DNA of 29,046 nt. Origin: a virus. Taxonomy: Duplodnaviria; Caudoviricetes. The translations under genes were made by a program, and so were the position numbers. Below the pieces are notes generated by a model that searched no databases, was not told the DNA's origin, and saw only the letters and a program-made list of their open reading frames with translations. The stretch lies in IMG/VR virus record IMGVR_UViG_3300012940_000085, positions 1 through 29,046 of that record; one strand, written 5' to 3'. Below are positions 1-7,541 of the stretch, piece by piece. Position 1 is the stretch's first letter, and every line of letters begins with the position of its first letter.

Positions 1-153
1 ACTCCCATCCTGAAGTTTGGGGGTTGTCACTGCTCCATTAGCCAGACCATTACCCGCTGATAAAGCCTCAATATTCTCAACTATATCGTTCATTTCCTCA
101 GCAGTGAGGATGGCGAAGGGGCTGAATGACATATTTGGTACAGGTAACGACAT
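1..153 (-). CDS. N-terminus of probable tail fibre / receptor-binding protein (runs off the left edge)
   Basis: Not in the ORF track. Manual translation from ATG at 153 gives MSLPVPNMSFSPFAILTAEEMNDIVENIEALSAGNGLANGAVTTPKLQDGS, open to the edge. LTAxEMN anchor-like segment and GAVTTPKL repeat-like segment; lies downstream of the tail-tip genes. Confidence 0.6.
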   Translation of the reverse strand, partial: MSLPVPNMSFSPFAILTAEEMNDIVENIEALSAGNGLANGAVTTPKLQDGS

Positions 154-154
154 A

Positions 155-781
155 CTAACTGACCCTCTCTGTCAATGCTCTGTCAATATCCCATCCACTA
201 TTAATGCGGTAAGCGATGGTCTCTCTTCTAATCCCGGTTTTATCTGCCCATTGCTGAAGCGTCATAGTGATGCCTTTATATTCAATTAATCTATTATTTC
301 TTGTATTGTTTGCTTGCGCTTTAGGTGTCGCCCAACGGCAGTTAGATGGTTCATAATTCCTATTATTGTTTATTCTATCTATGGTAAGTTCATCACTATA
401 ACCATTTGTACGCGCCCAAATTGCAAAATTTCTATAATCCATCCAACTTATACAAACCGAGATACCACGGGCACCATAACTAGAATAATCAGGACAATTT
501 ATATTGAGGCAACGAGCCTTCATATGTGCCCAGATTCCATAAAGTCGAGTCCCAAACTCACCGTGTTTGACATTATTCTCCCTGTATTCACTACTCGGGT
601 TTTTAATTTTCTGCGCTCTCAATTTTTCCACGTATTTGGTCTTTAGTCTGATTGATATGCAAGCCTTACATTTACGGGATATACTTCCATTCGAGTTCAT
701 TTCATACTTAGTATTCTTTTCGCTATATTCATGTCCTCGTGGACAATGGGTTTTTCTGGCGTTGGCACTTATAGTATTCAT
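155..781 (-). CDS. HNH-type homing endonuclease-like protein with N-terminal Cys/His zinc module
   Basis: TRLYGIWAHMKARC...YGARGISVC...LTIDRINNNRNYEPSNCRWAT...QANN core typical of phage HNH-like proteins; N-terminal KTHCPRGHEY...RKCKAC; C-terminal HTH-like TLQQWADKTGI...RINSGW. Confidence 0.8.
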   Translation of the reverse strand: MNTISANARKTHCPRGHEYSEKNTKYEMNSNGSISRKCKACISIRLKTKYVEKLRAQKIKNPSSEYRENNVKHGEFGTRLYGIWAHMKARCLNINCPDYSSYGARGISVCISWMDYRNFAIWARTNGYSDELTIDRINNNRNYEPSNCRWATPKAQANNTRNNRLIEYKGITMTLQQWADKTGIRRETIAYRINSGWDIDRALTERVS

Positions 782-792
782 ATCTACTATCT

Positions 793-808
793 ATTATGGA
801 GGGGCTGA
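793..808 (-). promoter_or_regulatory. Putative late promoter motif, copy 1 (TCAGCCCCTCCATAAT)
   Basis: Exact motif; CATAAT -10-like box lies 11 nt upstream of the ATG at 781. Confidence 0.75.
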
Positions 809-838
809 GTTTCGCGCTAAAAATAGAGCAATGTTAGC

Positions 839-854
839 TGTGATCTACATCACA
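839..854. promoter_or_regulatory. CRP/FNR-family-like palindromic operator TGTGA-N6-TCACA
   Basis: TGTGATCTACATCACA in the divergent intergenic region; 15/16 match to the CRP core TGTGATCTAGATCACA. Confidence 0.45.
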
Positions 855-869
855 AGTCGTTGATATGTC

Positions 870-897
870 TTGAAAAATGGTAAAATTATGGTAAAAT
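870..897 (+). promoter_or_regulatory. Sigma70-type promoter for the 904 moron (probably leaderless)
   Basis: TTGAAA (870-875), 16 nt, TGgTAAAAT (889-897); ATG at 904 sits at the expected TSS. A second TGgTAAAAT at 878-886. Confidence 0.6.
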
Positions 898-903
898 ATT
901 GAC

Positions 904-1392
904 ATGAAGAAGAAATTATTGCTTGGAGTTCTAGTACCCGCGTTGGTTATTACGTCTGGCGCATCAGCGTATGTAATAACCAAGGATGGTGATAATAAAG
1001 ACAATAAAACAGCCTTGCGCATTGAAAATGTAAAGAAAGAAGAACCTAAAAAAGAAGAAGTTGAAACAAAGCCTGTCGAAGTGGCTCAGCCAGTCGCGCA
1101 ACCACAATCAACTCAAACACAGCAAGCCCCTGTTCAGCAACCTGTGGCTCCTACTCCAGAAGAAAATAAGGCTAAGATTATGGCTGTCATAACTGATTAT
1201 GCAAATTCAAAGGGATATGGGCAGAGTTTCATTTATGCCAATACCACATGCTTTGATAGAGCATTTTCTGGGAACAATATGTATAGTAATTATGAAAGTT
1301 TAGTAAGTTTTGCGCCATTGCAGCAATACCTCGACGGTACGCTTAGATTTGATGCTGTTTGCAAAGTTCAAATAGTCCCTAAGCAACCCTAG
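904..1392 (+). CDS. Secreted/surface protein moron (signal peptide, Q/P-rich linker)
   Basis: MKKKLLLGVLVPALVITSGASA signal peptide ending in A-S-A; low-complexity linker; C-terminal domain with two Cys; opposite strand to the late operon, with its own promoter. Confidence 0.8.
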   Translation: MKKKLLLGVLVPALVITSGASAYVITKDGDNKDNKTALRIENVKKEEPKKEEVETKPVEVAQPVAQPQSTQTQQAPVQQPVAPTPEENKAKIMAVITDYANSKGYGQSFIYANTTCFDRAFSGNNMYSNYESLVSFAPLQQYLDGTLRFDAVCKVQIVPKQP

Positions 1393-1813
1393 TCGGAATC
1401 CTATACAATGATGCGATACATTCAAGTGTGAATCCTGGCACACTAACAGTAGTAAAATACTGGTTTATAACATATGCATCGACTATTAAGCTGCCGCTGC
1501 TATAATAAGTTGATACTTGAATACTATACTGCCTAAAAGCAATATCTCTATTAGGGTAATCAATTTGAAAGTATCCGTTCACAACTCGAAAAAAAGTCTC
1601 AATTCCAGAAAGTCTAACTACTACATGGCTTATATCCTCAGAGTTATCTAATGAAATGCTTGCTCTGATTGGACCTACATAACTTCCCGAGGCGATATTC
1701 CCCCCTGAATAATTTGCTGAAAATGGTACATCAATTTCGTGATTTTCAAACCCACTTGCAGTACCTGCAAATTGAACTTTATTTGTATCAATCATAATAA
1801 ATCCTATATTCAA
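1379..1813 (-). CDS. Tail tip / minor virion protein
   Basis: Beta-rich composition; in the tail-tip gene run; begins MIDTNK like the upstream MIDRTK protein, so the true start may be the second Met. Confidence 0.6.
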   Translation of the reverse strand: MNIGFIMIDTNKVQFAGTASGFENHEIDVPFSANYSGGNIASGSYVGPIRASISLDNSEDISHVVVRLSGIETFFRVVNGYFQIDYPNRDIAFRQYSIQVSTYYSSGSLIVDAYVINQYFTTVSVPGFTLECIASLYRIPTRVA

Positions 1814-2525
1814 TCACTCCATTTGCACCTGCGGAAAAATCTGTTGCATCTACATAAAATGATAGAGTTGAGCTAGTTATACGAACTTCAATTTGCGAGT
1901 AAAGTCCTTCCGTATAATCGGGCAGTAACGGTCTGCATATATTTGGTGATGATTGATGGAAAAACCAAGCCCGTACTCTTGGGATTTTCCCCAGATTGTG
2001 AGGAGGTACACTCACACTACCCGCTGCTCCAGAGGCAACAGATATAGGAATACTGCTTGGGATTGCTATTTTTTCATAATTATTCCTGGCATTAAGCGAA
2101 TACTTTTGTAGGGTTGGTTTCGGGGTGATTGGCTTAGCCATGACGTTCTTTGCGATGGCGAATAGTTCATACTGTATGGTATAAGATCTGCCTATTGAAT
2201 TTCCATAGTCATACCAACTGATGCCTTTTACATATACGTTATTTTCATCTATGTACGCGTTACAATCAGCAGTTTGAAACGCGGGAACTGATCCAGAAAA
2301 ATTAGGAGTCATGGATCCAAAATCGTTCCATGTATTCCCATTATTTGTAGTAAATCTTCCTTGGAAATACGCACTATCACCAAAATTATGTGCGTGCGGA
2401 TTTGTCGTACTACGAAATACATCAGAAGATGTTGGTGAACTAATAGTCATACTTCCTGTAAATATATCTATAATCTGGTCCATTTTATCGCCACCATAAT
2501 AGCGTAGTTTTGTTCTATCTATCAT
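1788..2525 (-). CDS. Tail tip / minor virion protein
   Basis: 245 aa, beta-rich, HNFG and HNLGKIP motifs typical of tail-associated domains; ATGA overlap with the upstream gene. Confidence 0.65.
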   Translation of the reverse strand: MIDRTKLRYYGGDKMDQIIDIFTGSMTISSPTSSDVFRSTTNPHAHNFGDSAYFQGRFTTNNGNTWNDFGSMTPNFSGSVPAFQTADCNAYIDENNVYVKGISWYDYGNSIGRSYTIQYELFAIAKNVMAKPITPKPTLQKYSLNARNNYEKIAIPSSIPISVASGAAGSVSVPPHNLGKIPRVRAWFFHQSSPNICRPLLPDYTEGLYSQIEVRITSSTLSFYVDATDFSAGANGVIEYRIYYD

Positions 2526-2794
2526 GGTGTTATGCCATCTTCTATGCTTTCTCCCTGATTTGCTGCTGCTGTAGTATATGATTTATCAGGCAGCCTTCCA
2601 GTACGTGTTTTTTCCTTGCCGCCATCAGTTGGGTCAAATGTCTTAAACCCATCACCATCAATCTGTCCTAAATGACCGCCTGTAGCTGAATCGCTTACCG
2701 CTATCCTATTTCTGCCCTGTTCAAAGCGCACTTTGCCATCAAGTGAAGATATTATCCTATTACCAGGTTGAGTAATTTTAGTAATGATTGCCAT
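2522..2794 (-). CDS. Small virion-associated hypothetical protein
   Basis: 90 aa ORF directly downstream of late motif copy 2 and coupled to the next gene. Confidence 0.65.
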   Translation of the reverse strand: MAIITKITQPGNRIISSLDGKVRFEQGRNRIAVSDSATGGHLGQIDGDGFKTFDPTDGGKEKTRTGRLPDKSYTTAAANQGESIEDGITP

Positions 2795-2805
2795 GTCTAC
2801 TTATT

Positions 2806-2821
2806 ATTATGGAGGGGCTGA
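2806..2821 (-). promoter_or_regulatory. Putative late promoter motif, copy 2
   Basis: Exact TCAGCCCCTCCATAAT, 11 nt upstream of the ATG at 2794 (same spacing as copy 1). Confidence 0.75.
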
Positions 2822-2822
2822 C

Positions 2823-2852
2823 TTGAGCCGCACTAAATAGACCTGCTATAAT
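2823..2852 (+). promoter_or_regulatory. Sigma70-type promoter for a small antisense RNA
   Basis: TTGAGC (2823-2828), 18 nt, extended -10 TGcTATAAT (2844-2852); no ORF downstream. Confidence 0.7.
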
Positions 2853-2858
2853 TAGTAG

Positions 2859-2910
2859 TAGGGTTTCAAGCGCAAACAAAGAGCACACCACTTGGTGGCT
2901 CTTTTGCTTT
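2859..2910 (+). ncRNA. Putative ~50-nt small RNA antisense to the anticodon arm of the adjacent tRNA
   Basis: Bounded by a promoter and an intrinsic terminator; 2861-2874 (GGGTTTCAAGCGCA) is identical to 2953-2966 and so is complementary to tRNA nt 27-40. Confidence 0.6.
2878..2910. terminator. Bidirectional intrinsic terminator
   Basis: AAAGAGC-A-CACCA-CT-TGGTG-GCTCTTT hairpin; TTTTGCTTT tail on plus, TTTGTTT tail on minus. Confidence 0.75.
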
Positions 2911-2917
2911 ATTTTGG

Positions 2918-2992
2918 TGGTGGAACTACGGAGAATCGAACTCCGATCTTGCGGGTTTCAAGCGCATGTAATAGCCGTTATACTATAGCCCC
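2918..2992 (-). tRNA. tRNA with GAA (Phe) anticodon and Ala-type acceptor stem
   Basis: GGGGCTA TA GTAT-AACGGCTA-TTAC A TGCGC-TTGAAAC-CCGCA AGAT CGGAG-TTCGATT-CTCCG TAGTTCC A CCA; 75-nt cloverleaf with G3:U70, G4:U69, A73 and a C31/C39 mismatch. Confidence 0.85.
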
Positions 2993-3035
2993 ATTGCAAG
3001 GGCACTACTAAAAAACATAATGCCTTATACTATTT

Positions 3036-3051
3036 ATTATGCTGGGGCTGA
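3036..3051 (-). promoter_or_regulatory. Putative late promoter motif, copy 3 (drives the tRNA)
   Basis: TCAGCCCCAGCATAAT (14/16) immediately after the stop at 3053, followed by AAATAGTA, a leader hairpin (3001-3024) and the tRNA. Confidence 0.7.
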
Positions 3052-3052
3052 A

Positions 3053-4609
3053 CTATGGTGCGAGCACATGGTCACCGTTAAGCTGCGAAAAATCAAGTTG
3101 AAACCATGTCCTGAGGTTATATCTCTTACACTTAAGTATCTGTGTAAATTTAGCGTCTTGAATTTTGTTTGTTATACCAATCACTCGATAATCTCCGGAA
3201 AATTCATCATAATCCACCTCAATAATGTCTGATAATTGGATAGCTGGATTGCCTTTTACTTCAATAGTGATGATATCGTTATACTCTGAATATTCATCCA
3301 ATATGGTTAGTGCAAGTGAATCAGCCTGTGACACTGATTGGATGAAGCTATTGTCAATCGTGAGGACTTTGTCTTCGTATTTTGCCACTGACTCGTCGTC
3401 ATAAGCTTCATATACTGTCGGTTCAACGCTAATTTGTTTTGCAGGTTGCCCCCATAAATAGAGCTGATCTATGTTAACAGAAAAACCATTTGTATTACTG
3501 AAGATGATGTCAAACGTATTTGTTTTTAGTTCAGTAGAAACAACTGAAACTCCTGAATTAACAGGTGTTCCATCCGGTAATGCTGCTGTAAACCATGACA
3601 CTCCTGCATTCTCGCCAAAATCTGGGTCTTCTATACTTAAACATGGATCGGATAACTGGGCTGGAAGCGTGTATGTACCACCAGCAGGCACAACATGAAG
3701 GGTAGTATCTGTATCTGTTTTTGAGTAAACAGGTTGATACTCTTGTACCTCCCTGACATCGGTATTAATGATGACATGGTTAATAATCTCATCGTCTTCA
3801 CTCGTTTCGAGACTATTTATGCTGTCATGGTCGAAATAATATACTGGATCATCTGGCTGCTCTAACCTTGGACGGAACTTGATAATACCTTGCTCATCAA
3901 GCCATAGCATACCCATTTCAGCCTGCATTAAAGGGCGGATTATATCGCCAGCTGTTACTTGTTCTCGCTCAAAAAATAAGAAAGGTATCTTATTCCTACC
4001 TTTTGCAAGGTCATACTGGTCGGGTGTGAGGCCAAATTGTTCAAACACGTTAGCAAGTACTTCACCTGTATAAACGTCCTGCATGGCAATTGTATTCCTA
4101 ATTGGCATATCGTATATCCATGTCAGGAAATCCATTGCCGTAAACGTCGCTGTACCATCTATACGACTGATTTCTGGCATACCCTCGGTAAGGCCTACGA
4201 ATTGCGGTAGAACAGTATTATTGAAGCCTTGAAGCAGCCTAACTGGTCTCTTAGGCAATATGAAGTTAGATATTGGCGAACCAGAATTTGGGGTAAAGTA
4301 CTTATCGTAGTTATTTAGTTGGAAGTCAGCAATAGCAGACACGACCGAGTAGGGAAACTCAAGGCTTCGTTCTACTGACATGTAATTGAGCCGTTCAGAA
4401 TAATCCTGGTACTCATACTGCGACCAAGGAAGCAACGGGTTATCTTCTGCTACTCCAAGTACGTCATTACCGTTTAGTATTGATTGATCGAGCGTGAACC
4501 AATCAATATCGGGGTCGTATTGTTTATCAAATGATATATAGCTGCCCCAAGTAATTAGGCGCATATCTCCATTTGCTAGTTGATTAAATTGAGGGGAAAC
4601 CGCTTGCAT
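3053..4609 (-). CDS. Tail tip / baseplate hub (Tal-like) protein
   Basis: 518 aa, second gene after the tape measure; EMGMLWLDEQGIIKFRPR and GNPAIQLSDIIEV segments typical of hub proteins. Confidence 0.75.
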   Translation of the reverse strand: MQAVSPQFNQLANGDMRLITWGSYISFDKQYDPDIDWFTLDQSILNGNDVLGVAEDNPLLPWSQYEYQDYSERLNYMSVERSLEFPYSVVSAIADFQLNNYDKYFTPNSGSPISNFILPKRPVRLLQGFNNTVLPQFVGLTEGMPEISRIDGTATFTAMDFLTWIYDMPIRNTIAMQDVYTGEVLANVFEQFGLTPDQYDLAKGRNKIPFLFFEREQVTAGDIIRPLMQAEMGMLWLDEQGIIKFRPRLEQPDDPVYYFDHDSINSLETSEDDEIINHVIINTDVREVQEYQPVYSKTDTDTTLHVVPAGGTYTLPAQLSDPCLSIEDPDFGENAGVSWFTAALPDGTPVNSGVSVVSTELKTNTFDIIFSNTNGFSVNIDQLYLWGQPAKQISVEPTVYEAYDDESVAKYEDKVLTIDNSFIQSVSQADSLALTILDEYSEYNDIITIEVKGNPAIQLSDIIEVDYDEFSGDYRVIGITNKIQDAKFTQILKCKRYNLRTWFQLDFSQLNGDHVLAP

Positions 4610-4989
4610 TATGACCCTAACTGGCGTGTTTCACGGAAGGATACGGTAACATCTGAGACTTCGCCGCAGTCATCAATGATGTTTTTAGCGCCAAGCTCGA
4701 ATTTCACTATCAAGCCTGACACATTTTCGCCATCAATAGTAAGCTGCGGGTAGGTCCATTCTGCTTTCATGCGTTCGTAAATTGTGTCAAGTAGGTCGTA
4801 TTCATCTTTCGTTAGATATGCCCATGTATGCGCCCAGGCTCTTTTAGTTGCGATGAAGTCATCATAAACATTCCCGCTCAAAGGCTCTACAGTGGTCATC
4901 TTCTCATTCTTTACACGCGTTAAAGGCACTTCCAGCGGTGGAAGTTCGTGTGTCCCTGCTGAATCAGTGAGAAAAATTTTGTATGACAT
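4609..4989 (-). CDS. Distal tail protein-like
   Basis: 126 aa immediately after the tape measure; ends VTVSFRE; assigned mainly by synteny. Confidence 0.65.
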   Translation of the reverse strand: MSYKIFLTDSAGTHELPPLEVPLTRVKNEKMTTVEPLSGNVYDDFIATKRAWAHTWAYLTKDEYDLLDTIYERMKAEWTYPQLTIDGENVSGLIVKFELGAKNIIDDCGEVSDVTVSFRETRQLGS

Positions 4990-4990
4990 A

Positions 4991-7540
4991 TTATATCCCC
5001 GCTATCGCTGTGCTGCCAGTTTTTGCTTTAACTGCTTCATTTATGAGCTTGCCTATCCTTGTGGCAATTGCGCGCTCATCTGCTTTTGAAGATGTCATTA
5101 CACCACTCAGCGATAGATTTACTGTGACGCTTGTGCCTCCGCCAACTCCAATTTTGCTCCAGTCTGGCATTCCAGTAGACTGGTTAACTTGTTCTTTAGG
5201 TAAGACGTATTCGCCAGCGTGGACTATACCTGCTACGTCATTCTTTCCACCTCGGCCCGTGAAGCCACCTTGATCAAAACCTGGTACATAAAGGGTGCTT
5301 TTAGTTCCATCTGGCGCTTGGTAAGTTTGTTTATAGAACCCAGGCTTATAATTAAACGCGTTCTTGAAATACTTAGAAGCTTCATCTATTCCAATCTTTA
5401 TTGATTCCAACAAGCTATAGCTAAACGAATTACCAAGAGTATTACCTGCTAATGAACCGGTATCTCCAAGCTGACTGACTATATCGTTCCGCTGTTCTTG
5501 TAGGCTCTTAAGCTGGGCGTCTCTCTGCTTCTGAAGTGTTTGTATTTCATCGAGAAGCATCACATTGCGTACAGACAATACTTCATCACGATGCTTATTT
5601 AAGAGCGCAAGCTCTTCATCTAACTTCTTTTGATTCTCTGCACGTCTTGCCTCATATTCACTAGCAGCACTTTGAGTTTGAGAATCAAATTCAGCCTGCC
5701 TTAATTGGGTTGACTTTTGATACTCGGCGTTTTCACGGGCAAGAGCAAACTGTAGTTCAGATAGCTGTTTTTGGTTAGCGGATGTATTGTATTTAGTGAG
5801 AAAATCAATTTGATTTTGAAGCGCTCGTGTTTTTTGTTGATGTGTTAGTAATTCCTCGTTCTGAGTCTTATTAAAAGATGTAAGTCGTTCATTGTATGCA
5901 TTTTTATAAGCTTGCTCTTCTTCTGCTAGAGTCTTCGTAAGTGTAGCAATATTTTCATTCTTCTCAGCAACAAGTTGGGCTAAGGAGTAACGGTAATTCT
6001 CTCTAGCCTCATCCATTTGTTCATTTATCTTTGCAAGTTGTTTTGCTGTTTCTTTAGCATTTTTTGCTGAGTCACCCAGTCCACCTGCTACCGCGTTAAC
6101 ATTATTTGCTGCTTTATTCGATTCGTCTGCTGCATCGCCAAGACCATCTATTAGATTGTCTATATATGCACCAGCTGCAACACCAGCCACTGCCCCCAAC
6201 AAAACGGTCAATCCACCACTAGATAGTGCACTTGCTACTGTTAACGCCCTCATTGAAGCAATAATAGTCTTTATACCAGCCACTACACGTGGAGCGATGA
6301 ATACAAATCCTGCAAATGTAGCAACACCAGCGCCCCAAGCAATTATAGAGTTTTGTGTTTGAACATTTAATCCGCCCAATGATCTGATAAGTCCACCAGT
6401 AAGGGCATTGCTTACTTGACCAATCGTTACTTGCATATTTCTTAGAACAGCGTTTAACTCAGCTTGTTTTCCAGCGTTTGTCTGTGCATAGACTGCTGCA
6501 TCACCTTCTACAATATTATTCAGCCTTTGTTGACCTATAAGTTTTGCCTGTACTCGCTCTTTTGCAGTCAACTGAGACACGCTCTTTCCCAAGACACCGG
6601 CACCATACTCAAGAATTTGGTTCCAGTTCTCGGTTTGACCAGACAAATTACCTATTGCACTATTCTCGGTATAAAATGATTCTGCCAAATTACCCACAGC
6701 AGTATCGAAATCAATAGTAGACGATTTACCAAAAGCCGCCTGATCTTTATATCCCTGCATAAGCTTAATTGCATCAGGGAGACCAACGCCAGCTGTAAGT
6801 AATTTTTGTAATCCATTTGCAGCTGTTGATACAGTAATAAGACCATCCGAAGCTAGTTCTTTAGCTGCACTTGTCGCTTCTTTATTATCTTCGCCAAAAC
6901 GTTTCGATAGGCGCGCAAGTCCTGTCAGTGAGCCTTGATATTCATTTGCAGCCGTTACGCTACTCTTAATGACCTGGATAGTCGTCTGAAGGGTTAGAAT
7001 GCCAGCAACAACGCCCCCAATAGACACAATCGAGTCATCCATAGAGCTGGTGAAGTTACTTTGACTCTTATATGTGCCATCAATCATTGACGACAGTTTA
7101 GATTGTTGCTGCGCTTGATTTTGAGTAGCAATACTTAAAGCATTGGTAGCTGATACCGCTTGCGATGAGCCTGCACCATACTTTTGGATTGCGGCTGTAC
7201 TTCGAGCTGTGGCGGTTACTACTTGATTGTTTGCCCTTTCGACAGTGAGGAATTGCTTTTGTATTTGCGGAGTATACGTAGAAAGAGTTTTGGCAGTTTC
7301 TTGCGCTTCTCTTTTTATTGCATTTACACGAGTTTGAGCGTCATAAGCAGTTGTTCCGCCAGAAGACTTTGAGCTGGAATTTCCAGAGCTTGCCTGAGAA
7401 GCCTTTTTAGCAGCTTTCGCCTGATTCTCATATGATTTTTGAACGATTTTATCTGCTTCTGCAGCGGACTTCCTGAGCTGTGGCAGGTCAATATAAGCGT
7501 CATACTTAACGGCACCAACAGTAGTAGTACCAGTGCTCAT
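4991..7540 (-). CDS. Tape measure protein
   Basis: 849 aa, Ala/Gln-rich helical, central hydrophobic segments, coiled coil, C-terminal GFDQGGFTG...AGIVHAGEYV motif. Confidence 0.92.
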   Translation of the reverse strand: MSTGTTTVGAVKYDAYIDLPQLRKSAAEADKIVQKSYENQAKAAKKASQASSGNSSSKSSGGTTAYDAQTRVNAIKREAQETAKTLSTYTPQIQKQFLTVERANNQVVTATARSTAAIQKYGAGSSQAVSATNALSIATQNQAQQQSKLSSMIDGTYKSQSNFTSSMDDSIVSIGGVVAGILTLQTTIQVIKSSVTAANEYQGSLTGLARLSKRFGEDNKEATSAAKELASDGLITVSTAANGLQKLLTAGVGLPDAIKLMQGYKDQAAFGKSSTIDFDTAVGNLAESFYTENSAIGNLSGQTENWNQILEYGAGVLGKSVSQLTAKERVQAKLIGQQRLNNIVEGDAAVYAQTNAGKQAELNAVLRNMQVTIGQVSNALTGGLIRSLGGLNVQTQNSIIAWGAGVATFAGFVFIAPRVVAGIKTIIASMRALTVASALSSGGLTVLLGAVAGVAAGAYIDNLIDGLGDAADESNKAANNVNAVAGGLGDSAKNAKETAKQLAKINEQMDEARENYRYSLAQLVAEKNENIATLTKTLAEEEQAYKNAYNERLTSFNKTQNEELLTHQQKTRALQNQIDFLTKYNTSANQKQLSELQFALARENAEYQKSTQLRQAEFDSQTQSAASEYEARRAENQKKLDEELALLNKHRDEVLSVRNVMLLDEIQTLQKQRDAQLKSLQEQRNDIVSQLGDTGSLAGNTLGNSFSYSLLESIKIGIDEASKYFKNAFNYKPGFYKQTYQAPDGTKSTLYVPGFDQGGFTGRGGKNDVAGIVHAGEYVLPKEQVNQSTGMPDWSKIGVGGGTSVTVNLSLSGVMTSSKADERAIATRIGKLINEAVKAKTGSTAIAGI

Positions 7541-7541
7541 A

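Noticed and set aside
112-128. Extra late motif copy (TCAGCCCCT)
   Set aside because: Inside coding sequence and lacks CATAAT.
793-808. GGAGG in the repeated motif as a plus-strand Shine-Dalgarno
   Set aside because: No consistent plus-strand start or ORF follows the copies; all copies lie upstream of minus-strand genes.
2861-2966. 14-bp direct repeat as an att site of tRNA integration
   Set aside because: It covers only the anticodon arm, not the tRNA 3' end; the copies are 92 bp apart, enclose no element, and no integrase is present.
2918-2992. tmRNA (GGGGCT...CCACCA ends)
   Set aside because: Only 75 nt with a full D arm and anticodon arm; no tag reading frame.
7110-7118. 9-nt match (TGCGCTTGA) to the tRNA anticodon arm in the TMP gene
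   Set aside because: A 9-mer is plausible by chance in 29 kb, and its orientation is wrong for an sRNA target.
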